From an uncultured Acidobacteriaceae bacterium (GTDB lineage Bacteria; Acidobacteriota; Terriglobia; Terriglobales; Acidobacteriaceae): a stretch of DNA of 64,000 nucleotides. This document shows, in pieces, positions 1-12,832 of the stretch. Under the pieces are notes generated by a model, which had not been told where the DNA came from, searched no databases, and saw nothing but the letters and a program-made list of their open reading frames with translations. The stretch covers positions 58,909 to 122,908 of the forward strand of contig CAWCCU010000002.1 in assembly GCA_963794195.1 (NCBI GenBank), read 5' to 3'. Every line of letters starts with the position of its first letter. Within the stretch, counting starts at the first letter, position 1. The position numbers and the translations under genes were made by a program.

Positions 1-367
1 TCGCAACTTCGCGGTTGCGGCGGTACACCAAGAAATAGTAGAACGCGGGCCCGAGCATGACGAACAAGAACAACGGCACGAACCAAACAGTTTTCTTCAC
101 CCACCCCGAGTTGTCAAAACTAAACCAGAGATACCACATGGCAACGGAGAGCAGGGCCACACCCGCGATCCCAGGTATTAAGAGAACTCGGATTACCAAA
201 GCGGCTGTAGGAAAACCGGCAAACGACCGGAATCCCGCAGCCGCTAATGCCGCATGGCTGGCGAGCAACACTCCGAAAAGAGAAAAGGCGGCGATGGCAC
301 AAGCGAAATAAACGCGCCGCGCGACCCGTGAGATGATCCACTCTTTTGTGATGGGTAAATGCAACAT
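1..367 (-). CDS. hypothetical integral membrane protein (N-terminal part; runs off window start)
   Basis: Own translation of the minus strand from ATG (complement of 365-367) gives MLHLPITKEWIISRVARRVYFACAIAAFSLFGVLLASHAALAAAGF...VWFVPLFLFVMLGPAFYYFLVYRRNREVA. No stop occurs before position 1. It has several helix-length hydrophobic segments and lies directly downstream of jag on the same strand. It is absent from the ORF track because it has no stop in the window. Confidence 0.45.
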   Translation of the reverse strand, partial: MLHLPITKEWIISRVARRVYFACAIAAFSLFGVLLASHAALAAAGFRSFAGFPTAALVIRVLLIPGIAGVALLSVAMWYLWFSFDNSGWVKKTVWFVPLFLFVMLGPAFYYFLVYRRNREVA

Positions 368-428
368 CGCCGCGCAGCTTATCACAGTGGGCTGCACGGA
401 AGGAGGCACCCAAGCTCAGAGCCGAGAG

Positions 429-938
429 CTAAGCCTTTGCCTTGTAATCCTTGGGATAAACCACCAGACAACGCCGGCTGCCTTCGCCCTGGCTTTCGGT
501 TTGCAGATCGGCATGGTCGCGCAGGGCGAGATGGACAATACGGCGTTCGCGAGAAGACATCGGCTGGAATTCGTAAGGAGTGCCCAGGCGGCGAACTTTT
601 TCGGCGGCAACATCGGCGGCAACGCGTAATTCCTGCAAGCGTAGCGCACGCTGGTTCATGCAATCAAAGCGGACTTTTTCATGCTCGTTGCCGGGAAGGC
701 GAATGATTTCCAGAGCCAGGAGTTCAATCGCGCGCAATAATTCGCATCCGCGCTCGAGCAGCAGGGAAGAATCCGGGCCGGCAAATTCCACCATGATTTC
801 AGGACGCTCCCAATCGCGCTCTTCCGCGAGCGGAGGATCGACCGTGATGCGGTACTTCAAGCGGAAACCGCCAAGTGCCACTACGTCCCGCAGGTATTCA
901 TTGATTTTATTTGCTGCGGCAATCTTGTCAGAAATCAT
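429..938 (-). CDS. jag: Jag/KhpB-type R3H RNA-binding protein
   Basis: 169-aa ORF whose start overlaps the yidC stop by 4 nt (935-938). The yidC-jag order is conserved. It has a C-terminal R3H-like segment SSRERRIVHLALRDH. Confidence 0.75.
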   Translation of the reverse strand: MISDKIAAANKINEYLRDVVALGGFRLKYRITVDPPLAEERDWERPEIMVEFAGPDSSLLLERGCELLRAIELLALEIIRLPGNEHEKVRFDCMNQRALRLQELRVAADVAAEKVRRLGTPYEFQPMSSRERRIVHLALRDHADLQTESQGEGSRRCLVVYPKDYKAKA

Positions 939-2719
939 TTGCCCTTGTCCTTCTTTTTCGCTCGCTTCAACGCCATCTCGCGCATCTCTTTGCCCAGGCT
1001 GGTGCGGTTCATGACCAACTGTTGCCCGATCGAAACCAGATTACTCTCCATGTAATACAAGGTCACGCCGGCGGCCAGATTAAAAAAGATAAAACCCATC
1101 ATGACCGGCATCATGATGTTCATCATTTTCTGCTGTTGCGGATCCATGCCGGCTTGAGGCGTCATCCGTTGCGTGATAATCATGCTCAGGACCAGAACGA
1201 TAGGCAGGATCCAGTGCGGATCCGGCGAGGAAAGATCGCCGATCCAAAGCCAATGCGCATGGCGAAGATCGAGGGTGGAATTCAGCATGCTGTAATAGGC
1301 AAACAGAAAGGGCATCTGAATGATCATCGGCAGGCAGCCGCCAACCGGATTCACGCCCTCCGATTTCATCAGCGAGCCGATCTCTACATTCATCTCCTGG
1401 CGGCGCGGATCGCGTACGCCGTATTTCTTGTACTTGTCCTTGATCGCATTCATCTGCGGCTGGATTTTCTGCATTTTCAGCGCCGATTTCATGCTGGATA
1501 TTCGTAGCGGCAGCAATGCCAGACTAATGATCAAAGTCTGCAACACAATCGCCCATCCCCAGTTGCCGACGATGTGTTGATACGTCCATTGCAGCCAGAT
1601 AAATAGTGGCCGCGCGATGATTCCAAAGAAACCAAAGTTCACCAGATCGCGCAAATCAGCGTGATCGCCGATGCCTGGGACCCGAATTTCTTCCACCACC
1701 TTCAACGCTTTCGGGCCAACGAAAAGCCGCTCGACGGTCGGACCATGCAAATTTCCCACCGCCGTGCCCAGCACTTCCACTTTCTGGGTTTCCTGCGGAT
1801 TGGGCTTCTTCAGGTCTTTCGGAATATCGATGGAGTTGCGTAGATAAACCGTGGTCGTGCTGTGCGGGTCCTGGGGAATAAAGACCGCTGCGAAATATTG
1901 GTCGACGACCCCAGCCCAGTTAAACGGGCCCGGAACGGTGTTCCCGCTGCTAATCGCTTTGATGGCGAGCCGCTGTGTCTGGCTGGGGAAAATAAGATAA
2001 CTGCGCTCGGTGGACTCTTCGTTGTGATACTCAATGCGGCTGGCAGCATAAGACGCGGTCGTTGACTCATCACCAAAACCGGCGGGCCACATGGGCAGAG
2101 CGGAAACAACGTTTCCCTTGGAAAGCACCGATGTCTCTACATCGACTACGTAGCTTTCGCCAAAGCGGAAGACTTTCTTAACCGTGAGATCCTGATCGGC
2201 ATATTCGAAAGTCAGGGTCTTGCGCCCATCGCCAGATATATCTTGCGAACCTACATAGAGCGCTGAATTAATTTTATTGCGCTGGCCCTCGTCGTAAGTC
2301 CACAAAGAAAGCGGGTAGCCATATTTTTCGGCCGCTACAGAGTTGACCAGGTCAAGCGGCTGGCCCCTGTCGTCGTCATACTTTTTCAGGATCCAGGACT
2401 TCACCCGTCCGCCGTGGTTGGTAAACGTGATGCGGTAAAGATCGTTCTCCAACACGGTCTCGGATTCCGAGCTTGCCTGCTTCGCACCAGAAGCGATCGG
2501 AGCAGCCGCCGACTGTTGGATAGCAGCTGGATTGTTGGCCGAGGCAACCGGCGCCGGCTGATTTTGGCTCTGGGTTTGCGCAGGAGGAGTAACGGATTGC
2601 GGCAGATATTTCTTCAACAGCGGCTGACAAACAATGATGACGAGGAACGTCAGCGCGAAGACGATCAGGAGCCGTCGCTCCATGCCGGGATCTTGGTTGG
2701 GATTTTGAAATTCGGGCAA
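935..2719 (-). CDS. yidC: membrane protein insertase YidC
   Basis: 594 aa with an N-terminal TM helix, a large periplasmic domain and a C-terminal insertase core (GWAIVLQTLIISLALLPLR, KMQKIQPQMNAIKDKYK, GGCLPMIIQMPFLFAYY). It sits in the rpmH-rnpA-yidD-yidC cluster. Confidence 0.95.
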   Translation of the reverse strand: MPEFQNPNQDPGMERRLLIVFALTFLVIIVCQPLLKKYLPQSVTPPAQTQSQNQPAPVASANNPAAIQQSAAAPIASGAKQASSESETVLENDLYRITFTNHGGRVKSWILKKYDDDRGQPLDLVNSVAAEKYGYPLSLWTYDEGQRNKINSALYVGSQDISGDGRKTLTFEYADQDLTVKKVFRFGESYVVDVETSVLSKGNVVSALPMWPAGFGDESTTASYAASRIEYHNEESTERSYLIFPSQTQRLAIKAISSGNTVPGPFNWAGVVDQYFAAVFIPQDPHSTTTVYLRNSIDIPKDLKKPNPQETQKVEVLGTAVGNLHGPTVERLFVGPKALKVVEEIRVPGIGDHADLRDLVNFGFFGIIARPLFIWLQWTYQHIVGNWGWAIVLQTLIISLALLPLRISSMKSALKMQKIQPQMNAIKDKYKKYGVRDPRRQEMNVEIGSLMKSEGVNPVGGCLPMIIQMPFLFAYYSMLNSTLDLRHAHWLWIGDLSSPDPHWILPIVLVLSMIITQRMTPQAGMDPQQQKMMNIMMPVMMGFIFFNLAAGVTLYYMESNLVSIGQQLVMNRTSLGKEMREMALKRAKKKDKGK

Positions 2720-2724
2720 ATTAG

Positions 2725-2994
2725 CTACTCGCTACTACAAAGCTCGCCATCATGATGCATTGAACCCTTTGGCCCCACTACTGGATCGTAACCACCCTTC
2801 ACAAACGGACGGCAACGCAATATTCGCCGGATGGCCATCCAGCTTCCGCGAACGGCGCCGAAACGGTCAACCGCCTCCATCGCATACTCTGAACACGTCG
2901 GAGTATAGCGGCACGCGGGGGCGAGGATCGGCGAAATGAGCCCCTTGTAGCCGCGAAGCAGGGAGAGAACGATCGCTTTTGCCAGGTTATTCAT
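2725..2994 (-). CDS. yidD: membrane protein insertion efficiency factor YidD
   Basis: 89 aa with the signature [15 protein letters not shown]...[16 protein letters not shown], located between rnpA and yidC. Confidence 0.9.
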   Translation of the reverse strand: MNNLAKAIVLSLLRGYKGLISPILAPACRYTPTCSEYAMEAVDRFGAVRGSWMAIRRILRCRPFVKGGYDPVVGPKGSMHHDGELCSSE

Positions 2995-3017
2995 TTGTTC
3001 AGTTCTGACTGACAGCC

Positions 3018-3446
3018 TCAGGCTGTGGTTACGTGTTTCTCAATGGCCTCGAAAGCCCGGCGGACTTCATTCTGCAAATTCGCGAACTCCGTGGTGCGTA
3101 AAGACTTCTTCGGATTGATCACTACATCCACCGCAACGTTCGGCACCGATACTTGTAGCCGGACCGCCTCTCGCAAACGGCGCTTCATGCGATTACGATC
3201 CACCGCGCCGCCCAATGCCCGTCCCACGGTGAAACCAATGCGAATCCCGCTCGCAGTTCCCGCACCCTCCGCACGACGCAAATAGAACACCGTCATGTGC
3301 GTAGCAAAGTGCCGCTTGCCCTGCTTGTAGACACGCTCGAAATCGGCATGCCGTAGCAGACGAGCAATGCGTGGAACCTTGGCCCCACCGCCCGGAATGG
3401 ACAGGTCAGTACTTCCCTTCGCCTTCGAAACGATGGCGCTCACCAC
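3018..3446 (-). CDS. rnpA: ribonuclease P protein component
   Basis: Basic 142-aa ORF immediately downstream of rpmH, with [17 protein letters not shown] and [16 protein letters not shown] motifs typical of RnpA. Confidence 0.9.
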   Translation of the reverse strand: MVSAIVSKAKGSTDLSIPGGGAKVPRIARLLRHADFERVYKQGKRHFATHMTVFYLRRAEGAGTASGIRIGFTVGRALGGAVDRNRMKRRLREAVRLQVSVPNVAVDVVINPKKSLRTTEFANLQNEVRRAFEAIEKHVTTA

Positions 3447-3492
3447 TCACCATCCAGACTTAGGTTGCGGACTCCCACCAATGGCGGGAGGT

Positions 3493-3648
3493 TTATTCAC
3501 GGAAGCCGGGCTTTGGCGCCAGCCGCTTGCGACCTTTGGCCCGACGGCGCGAGAGTACCGCCTGGCCGCTCTTGGTCTTCATACGCGTACGGAATCCGTG
3601 CGTCTTCGAGCGGTGACGTCGGTTAGGTTGGAATGTGCGCTTGGGCAT
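3493..3648 (-). CDS. rpmH: 50S ribosomal protein L34
   Basis: Not in the ORF track (51 aa). Own translation of the minus strand from 3648 gives [51 protein letters not shown], with the stop at 3493-3495. Confidence 0.95.
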   Translation of the reverse strand: MPKRTFQPNRRHRSKTHGFRTRMKTKSGQAVLSRRRAKGRKRLAPKPGFRE

Positions 3649-4235
3649 GAAACTTGGCTGCTCCTCACTTCAAATCAGTCGCCAAATGGCGAACGAGAAG
3701 TATAAATGACATAGGGCGGAGGGGCAAACTGGGGGTTTGCGGATAGCTCCCAAGTTCTGTACCTCTGTGTCTAAATTTGTATCGCGCTCAGTTGCCGGTT
3801 CTTATCAAAAAGACATAGAGTTTTGTCATCATGCGGAGGAATTCGCGATAGCGAGTCCTCGGAGTGCGGTCACGATGACAGAGGCTAGAGAGCGGATACG
3901 ATCAATCCAAATTTCGATTCAACCCGGCTTTGATCCTCAAAACAGAATTCACAAATGCACCACTCGCGCGGCAGTTATATCTACGCTACTTGACAGAAGT
4001 TTTGCATGCGCTTTGAATCTTGCATGCGACGAAAAATTCTTCGCCGAAGTTTTCCACAAAGGCAAAATTTTTGTGCTAGTATCGCGGACTGGTTCAGCTT
4101 ACTGATTTTCCCCCAAGACCAGCATGATTGCCCCGCCAGATTGAGGCCGCTCTGCTGGATAGAAAGCAATTTTAATTCCGTAGTGATTGATTAATACGGC
4201 GCTGACCACAGGCGTCAGCCCACGAAAATTTATCT

Positions 4236-5621
4236 ATGTCTGTTTCAACACAAAGCCTCGCTCCCAACCCGTGGTTACGCATCCTCGATGCGCTCGAAAA
4301 AAAGATCAACCGCCATTCCTACGACACCTGGCTCAAGCCCACTCGCTACAGTCACTCCAGCGCCGGAATACTTTTCGTGCGAGTGCCGACCGCTGAGTTC
4401 CGCCACGTAGGCGACAAGTATGCTGACCTCATTCAGGAAGCTCTGGACAATCTCGGACTGGAATATCAGGACGTGAAGTTCGTGACTCCCGAAGACGATC
4501 CCGCTTCCACTCCGGTCCGTCACGATGGTGGACTTTCCGCGTCATACTGCGTTCTGTGGCAGCTAACCAGGGATCGCAAGCTCGCTTCGATTGGGACGGC
4601 GCAGCGCAACTGAACTCGCGCTATACCTTTGACGCGTTCGTCATCGGCAGCGGAAATCAATTCGCCCACGCCGCGTGCCAGGCCGTTGCTGAGCGTCCTT
4701 CGAAGGCTTACAACCCGCTCTTCTTATACGGCGGCGTTGGCATGGGCAAGACCCACCTAATGCAGGCGATTGGCCATGAGATCAAACGCCGGCAACCGCA
4801 AGCGGCCATCTGCTACGTCTCCAGCGAAAAGTTCACCAACGAGATGATCAACTCGTTGCGCTATGACAAGATGACCAGCTTCCGCGACAAGTTCCGCAAT
4901 GTCGACGTGCTACTGGTGGACGACATTCAATTCTTAACGCGGTAAAGAACGTACCCAGGAAGAATTCTTCCACACGTTTAATGCCCTGCATGAATCGATG
5001 AAGCAGATCGTAATCGCCAGCGACCGCTCGCCAAAAGAGCTGGCCGAAGTGGAAGACCGGCTACGCAGCCGCTTTGAGTGGGGATTGATCGCCGACATCC
5101 AACCGCCGGACCTTGAAACCAAGGTAGCGATCCTGCAAAAGAAGTCGGACCAGGAAAAAGTCACCCTGCCCACCGATGTCGCACTTTATATAGCGTCCAA
5201 TATCCGCTCCAATGTTCGCGAGCTGGAGGGCGCGCTGATTCGTCTCGTAGCGCATTCTTCGCTGATCGGCGCCGAGATCACTCTTCCTTATGCCCAGCAG
5301 GTCTTGAAAAACTTCATCGACTCGCAGGCACGCAAAGTGACGATCGAGTCCATTCAGAAAGCTGTAGCTGAACAGTTTGGCTTGCGCCTGGTTGAGATCA
5401 AGGCCAAAAATAATTCACGCGCCATCGTGTATCCGCGACAGATTGCCATGTATCTGGCCAAGCATCTGACCGAAGCGTCATTGCCGGAAATCGGTCGGCA
5501 ATTTGGCGGCAAGCATCACACCACGGTCTTGCACTCGGTCGAAAAAATCGACACCGTCCGCAAGAACGACAAAGATTTAAACAGGCTCATCAATAAGATG
5601 ACTGAGCAATTAGGCGGCTAG
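4236..5621 (+). pseudogene. dnaA: chromosomal replication initiator DnaA; reading frame broken twice (probable sequence indels)
   Basis: Three consecutive ORFs in different frames together make one DnaA. 4236-4613 is the N-terminal domain. 4556-4945 is the AAA+ part with Walker [11 protein letters not shown] and DDIQFL. 4998-5621 holds the sensor and DNA-binding domain ([21 protein letters not shown]). At 4937-4941 the text reads ...DDIQFLT, one extra nt, then [16 protein letters not shown]. The first break is in the linker at about 4520-4560. Confidence 0.9.
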
Positions 5622-5924
5622 TCGCGGTTAAGCCGCGAATTTCCACGCAGTAGTCCGGTCTTCCTTCGATAGGGCTGTGGAGTGGATGTGGAAATTGTGC
5701 AAGACCGGGAAGCAATAATTCGAGGCGCCGGAATATACGCAACACCTGTTCCGATTCGGGACTAATTTTGGACATTAACCAAGTCCCCCGAACTGGCTGT
5801 GAACTTGGCAGTTGGACTAGTTTTCCACTTTTCCGGCGCCCCTACTGCTACTACTGGTTTAAATGCTTTTGATTTTGATATAAGAGAAGTACTCAAAGTA
5901 GCCGCGCGACGGGAGAATCAGGTC
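5622..5924. promoter_or_regulatory. candidate oriC segment (DnaA-box-like motifs plus AT-rich stretch)
   Basis: TTTCCAC-core motifs: ATTTCCACG 5639-5647, TGTGGAGTG 5676-5684, TGTGGAAAT 5687-5695 and TTTTCCACT 5821-5829. An AT-rich run lies at 5857-5900 (GGTTTAAATGCTTTTGATTTTGATATAAGAGAAGTACTCAAAG). The segment sits between dnaA and dnaN. One more box, TTTTCCACA, is at 4050-4058 upstream of dnaA. Confidence 0.35.
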
Positions 5925-7083
5925 ATGCCGGTAGAAGCAATCGCCCCAGTGACTGGAACCGCCACCATGGAAATTACAGTCAGCAAATCCGAATTGTTAC
6001 GGGAGTTGACGGCGACCCAGGGAGTTGTCGAACGCAAGACCACCATTCCAATTCTGTCGAACTATTTGTTCGAAGCGGCCGGCGAAAAGCTTTCGCTCAC
6101 GGCGACCGATTTGGATTTGAGCCTGCGCACGTCGTGCAATGCCAAGGTGAAAAAAGAAGGCTCATGCACGATCCCGGCGCGCAAGCTTCATGACTACGTA
6201 AAGTTGCTGCCGGATGCCGACATCACCATCAAGATGCTGGAGAACCACTGGGTCAGCATTCGTTGCGGACGGTCGAATACAAAAATGGTTGGGATGGCGC
6301 GCTCGAATTTCCCCAGCTTGCCCGTGTTTCCCACCGCCGGCGTGATGCAGATTCCGACCAAAGTTTTGCGCGAACCTGATTGCGAAAACCGGGTTTGCGA
6401 TCGCCAATGAAGAATCGCGATACACGCTGAACGGCGCGTTGATGGTGCTGAAGCCGGAGTCGATCACCATGGTCGCCACCGATGGTCATCGCCTGGCGCA
6501 CATTGAACGCGGCGGAGAAAAATTCGAAGGCATCTCAGGTGAACTGAAAACTCTGGTTCCAAAGAAAGCCATGGACGAGTTGAAGTCCCTGCTCGATTCC
6601 ACCGACGCCGACAGCATCGAATTCGCCAAAGACGATTCGACTCTGTTCTTCCGCATCGGACCGCGCCTGCTGACTTCGCGCCAACTCACAGGCCAGTTTC
6701 CGAACTTCGAGGCCGTGCTTCCGAAAGACAACAACAAGAGCATCACTATTCGCGGCGAGGAATTGAGCCAGGCGATCTCCCGCGTAGCGCAATTTGCCGA
6801 CGAGCGTTCGCGCGCGGTGCGCCTGAAGCTGGAAAAAGGAGAGATCAAGCTTTCGGCTTCGTCCTCGGAAACGGGCGAATCGGAAGATTCCATCGAAACC
6901 GATTACAACGGCGAGACTCTGACCATCGGCTTCAACGCCCAATACGTTCTGGAGTTCCTGAAAGCCGTCGGCAACGGCGATGTGAAGCTTGAGCTGAAAG
7001 ATGCCCAGTCGGCCGGCCAGTTGCGTCCTGCCGAGGGCGACGATTACAAGTACCGGTATATCGTCATGCCGATGCGGATCTGA
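5925..7083 (+). pseudogene. dnaN: DNA polymerase III beta sliding clamp; one frame break (probable sequence indel)
   Basis: ORFs 5799-6410 and 6439-7083 join into one clamp. The join reads ...PTKVLR, one extra nt near 6371-6375, then LIAKTGFAIANEESRYTLNGALMVLKPES. ATG 5925 has GGGAG 9 nt upstream. The alternative canonical N-terminus MEITVSKSEL starts at 5967. Confidence 0.9.
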
Positions 7084-7178
7084 GCCAAACCTGGGGCCAA
7101 TGTGGCGCGGCCCCCTCACCCGTGTGAAGGCCTAAACCAGCAAATGCATGACAGGTTTCCGGGATAACACTTGGAGAA

Positions 7179-7257
7179 CCGTGAAAGAGCGGCGCTTCAG
7201 CGCCGCGTAAATCGCGTTTCCCCTGGACGCGGGCCTGAAAGGCCCGTTCTTCCACGG
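7179..7257. repeat. double-hairpin palindromic element, family C (long form)
   Basis: CCGTGAAAGAGCGGCGCTTCAGCGCCGCG...ACGCGGGCCTGAAAGGCCCGTTCTTCCACGG. Near-identical architecture occurs at 31799-31880 and 39119-39199. It lies between convergent dnaN and gyrB. Confidence 0.8.
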
Positions 7258-7347
7258 CGATGGATACAGCGTAGAGAAATCTAGCAATGATTGCCGAGCT
7301 GGCGCTCGGCGGGACAGCCGAAGGCGGCCGTCCCTATGTGAACTGGT

Positions 7348-9984
<2,637 letters not shown>

Positions 9985-10293
9985 TCAGCTCCGATTGGAT
10001 GCCACTGATTTGAGCTCTTGGCCGACGTTAAAATTCAACCCCTGAGTTTCCCTCAAATGGCTGAAATTACTAGCACTTACACAGTCGGAAGATATGGTTG
10101 ATTATAGCATGTTCCGGGCTCAATTTCGAGGCCCGAACCGAGTCGATAACCTGAGCGTTTACAATACTTACAGAGCCCAAAAACGAGTCCCAAAATGGGC
10201 CGTTGGATCATCAGGCACCTGGGGGCATCTAACCCTTTAAAGCTGGGCCAAGCCTGATAACATTAGGACTTCCCTTAGGAGACTGACCGAAGC

Positions 10294-11415
10294 ATGCCCG
10301 TACCCGTTTCGCAGATGTGGACAGTGAGCACGTATGTGCTGAAGCAGAAGCTTGCCCGGCGAAAGCAGTATCCGCTGGTGCTAATGCTCGAGCCCCTGTT
10401 CCGCTGCAACCTGGCGTGCGCCGGATGCGGCAAGATTCAATACCCTGCCCACATTCTGAAAAAGCAGCTTAGCGCCGAAGAGTGTCTGCGCGCGGTCGAC
10501 GAATGCGGAGCGCCTATGGTATCGATCCCGGGCGGCGAGCCGCTGATGCATCCCGAAATTGGCGCGATTGTCGAAGGACTGGTCGCACGCAAGAAATATA
10601 TCTACCTGTGCACCAATGCTTTGCTGCTCAAGGAAAAGATTGGCCTGTTCAAGCCCAGCAAGTATCTGACGTTCAGCGTTCATCTTGACGGACAGCAGGA
10701 GCACCATGATCTTTCTGTCTGCCGCGAAGGCGGATATGACATCGCGGTCGATGCCATCAAGCTGGCGCTGGCGCAAGGTTTTCGAGTCACGACCAATACG
10801 ACTTTGTTCGACGGCACCGATCCCAAGAGCGTTCGCGCTTTCTTTGACGACATGATGGAACTCGGCGTCGAAGGCATGATGCTTTCGCCCGGCTATTCCT
10901 ACGAGAAGGCGCCCGACCAGCAACACTTCCTGGGACGTGCCCGCACTCGCCGCCTTTTCCGTTCGATTCTTTCCAATCGGGAGAAGAACTGGCGCTTTAA
11001 TCTGTCGCCGCTGTTTCTCGAATTCCTGATGGGCAAGCGCACTTATCCGTGCACGCCATGGGGAATGCCCACCTACAACGTTTTCGGCTGGCAGAAGCCC
11101 TGCTACCTGCTTCAGGACGGCTATGCTGACACCTTCCAGGAGCTTCTCGCCGAAACCGATTGGGCGAACTATGGGACAGAGTCGGGAAATCCCAAGTGCG
11201 CCAATTGCATGGTCCACAGCGGATATGAAGCGTCTGCAGTAAATGCAACATTCAGCTCGCTGAGCGGGTTTTTGGCGACCGTAAAGGGCACGCTGTTTAC
11301 CAAGTACGCCGATGAAGGCGCCATGCGCTTGCTGGATGAAGCGCCTGCACCGCATACGTTGGTGCAGATCGGCAATGCGACAGCAAACGAATCTCTTGAG
11401 GAGACGCGGGCGTGA
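10294..11415 (+). CDS. hpnH: adenosyl-hopene transferase HpnH (radical SAM)
   Basis: 373 aa with the radical-SAM cluster motif [14 protein letters not shown]. End-to-end resemblance to HpnH as I remember it ([49 protein letters not shown]). Confidence 0.85.
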   Translation: MPVPVSQMWTVSTYVLKQKLARRKQYPLVLMLEPLFRCNLACAGCGKIQYPAHILKKQLSAEECLRAVDECGAPMVSIPGGEPLMHPEIGAIVEGLVARKKYIYLCTNALLLKEKIGLFKPSKYLTFSVHLDGQQEHHDLSVCREGGYDIAVDAIKLALAQGFRVTTNTTLFDGTDPKSVRAFFDDMMELGVEGMMLSPGYSYEKAPDQQHFLGRARTRRLFRSILSNREKNWRFNLSPLFLEFLMGKRTYPCTPWGMPTYNVFGWQKPCYLLQDGYADTFQELLAETDWANYGTESGNPKCANCMVHSGYEASAVNATFSSLSGFLATVKGTLFTKYADEGAMRLLDEAPAPHTLVQIGNATANESLEETRA

Positions 11416-11840
11416 CCGGAAAAGAAGCAGGGCATGTGTCGGTCAACCCAGACGTCCAGGAAGTTGCTGCCGGTCGCGAGCGTGAAAACCTCGAAGGCTG
11501 GATTCCGGCACTCGCCAGCGATGAAGAAATCCGCGTCGCCTTGGAGAAGGCTTTCGATTATCGCGGGGATGTGACCATCGTCCGCAAAGATGGTTCGAAG
11601 ATTGAGGGCTATTTGTTCGACCGCCGCAGCGGAAAGACCCTGGCAGATTCGCTGGTTCGGTTAATCCCCAAAGATTCCAATCAGAAAGTTGCCGTGGCTT
11701 ATGGAGACATCGCGTCTCTAGCATTCAGCGGCCGCGACACCGCCGCCGGCAAAAGCTTCGAAGCCTGGATGAAGAAGTACGCCGAGAAGAAAGCCGCCGG
11801 CGAGAAGAATATTGCACTGCATCCCGAAGCGCTCGATTAG
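11412..11840 (+). CDS. hypothetical protein, translationally coupled to hpnH
   Basis: 142-aa ORF whose GTG start overlaps the hpnH TGA (GTGA at 11412-11415). I recognise no family. The C-terminus is Lys/Ala-rich. Confidence 0.5.
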   Translation: MTGKEAGHVSVNPDVQEVAAGRERENLEGWIPALASDEEIRVALEKAFDYRGDVTIVRKDGSKIEGYLFDRRSGKTLADSLVRLIPKDSNQKVAVAYGDIASLAFSGRDTAAGKSFEAWMKKYAEKKAAGEKNIALHPEALD

Positions 11841-11847
11841 GCGATTA

Positions 11848-11910
11848 GGCGCTGAAGCGCGTTCTCAGTGGCACAACTTTAACGCAGGCCTGTGAAGGCC
11901 TGCTCCACCC
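11848..11910. repeat. palindromic element, family C (short form)
   Basis: GGCGCTGAAGCGCGTTCTCAGTGGCACAACTTTAACGCAGGCCTGTGAAGGCCTGCTCCACCC. The same layout occurs at 30159-30219 and 40757-40819: a GCGCTGAAGCGC hairpin, TTTAA, a second hairpin, then CTCCACCC. Confidence 0.8.
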
Positions 11911-11940
11911 TAAATCCTGCGCCACCCATCCTTTTGGTCT

Positions 11941-12002
11941 GTCATCCTGAGCGCAATAAGTTTGGGCGCATCGCGACCGGACTTACGGAGTCGAAGGACC
12001 CC
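11941..12002. repeat. repeat family A (GTCATCCTGAGCG...GAGTCGAAGGACCCC)
   Basis: GTCATCCTGAGCGCAATAAGTTTGGGCGCATCGCGACC...GGAGTCGAAGGACCCC. The internal AATAAGTTTGGGCGCAT is shared with the inverted copy at 33253-33315. Other copies are at 19191-19253, 34851-34909 and 35077-35131, with a partial copy at 46501-46516. Confidence 0.8.
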
Positions 12003-12036
12003 TGCATTTTTCTCTGATGCCAAGAACCGAGGCCTT

Positions 12037-12678
12037 TTACCGCATGGTCTTCTTCGCACCGAAGCTCAAATTCTCAATCAATTCATTCACTTCATCCTCA
12101 CTCGAACCGATCAAAGTGAACGACACCACATAACTTTTCTCGAGAAAAACCAGCGCCGTCTGATGAATTCTGTTCTTGCCCATCTCTTTACTAAAATCGC
12201 CACGAATCAATACTCTGGCGCCAACTGAAACTTCAGCAGGCTCATTCACCACCTTGAACCCCTTATCAGTGGTGAGTTCAGTGAGAATGCCGAAATAATC
12301 CACCGCCGTCTTTAGTCCCGGATAAGCAGAAACGCTCTCCGCCGCGATCACCACCCCGGAATTAATTGCCTCCCGCGGCGCTTCCGGAGGCTGCTCGAAC
12401 GTTGCCAACAGTACCACCGACTTCACCGGATCTTTCGCGACATCGGCCGAATCATCCTGCATGGCGCTGGTGCGGTCCACCCAACCGTAAGGAAGCTTGT
12501 AGGTGAATCCAAAGTAGGGATTGCTATAGACGCCGTCGGTGATCGAGCCGGGATCGAAAGCCGAGGGTGTGACCGGCTTCGGAGGTTTCGAGTGATGTTT
12601 GGATGAAGATTCTCCCGCAGGCGGCGATTGCTGCGCTAAGAGCGTGGTGCAAAATAGCAGAATAATAACTAAACGCAT
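12037..12678 (-). CDS. hypothetical secreted protein
   Basis: Start taken at ATG (complement of 12676-12678), giving the signal-like MRLVIILLFCTTLLAQQ. No family recognised. Confidence 0.55.
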   Translation of the reverse strand: MRLVIILLFCTTLLAQQSPPAGESSSKHHSKPPKPVTPSAFDPGSITDGVYSNPYFGFTYKLPYGWVDRTSAMQDDSADVAKDPVKSVVLLATFEQPPEAPREAINSGVVIAAESVSAYPGLKTAVDYFGILTELTTDKGFKVVNEPAEVSVGARVLIRGDFSKEMGKNRIHQTALVFLEKSYVVSFTLIGSSEDEVNELIENLSFGAKKTMR

Positions 12679-12728
12679 TCTCGTTGGATGCTTGCGGCGC
12701 GGACACTCTTCTCTCCACCACAAATCCT

Positions 12729-12818
12729 TGTCATTTCGAGCATAGCGAGAAATCTCATCATTCCCTGCCGCCGGGAGACCGCGAGATTCCTCGTCGCTAC
12801 CGCTCCTCGGAATGACAA
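12729..12818. repeat. repeat family B, inverted pair (GTCATTTCGAGC... / ...CTCGGAATGACAA)
   Basis: TTGTCATTTCGAGCATAGCGAGAAATCTC is followed by GCGAGATTCCTCGTCGCTACCGCTCCTCGGAATGACAA. The termini are inverted. A related half-copy is at 19309-19346. Confidence 0.7.
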
Positions 12819-12832
12819 ATCTTCAGGCAACC

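Noticed and set aside
57-413. Tracked ORFs 57-311 (+) and 120-413 (-) at the window start
   Set aside because: Both give implausible Arg/Cys/Pro-rich or polar sequences. The third reading (minus strand, ATG at 367, open to position 1) gives a convincing membrane protein instead.
10381-11355. 324-aa minus-strand ORF antisense to hpnH
   Set aside because: It is a shadow ORF. The plus strand carries the radical-SAM CxxxCxxC motif and HpnH-like sequence throughout.
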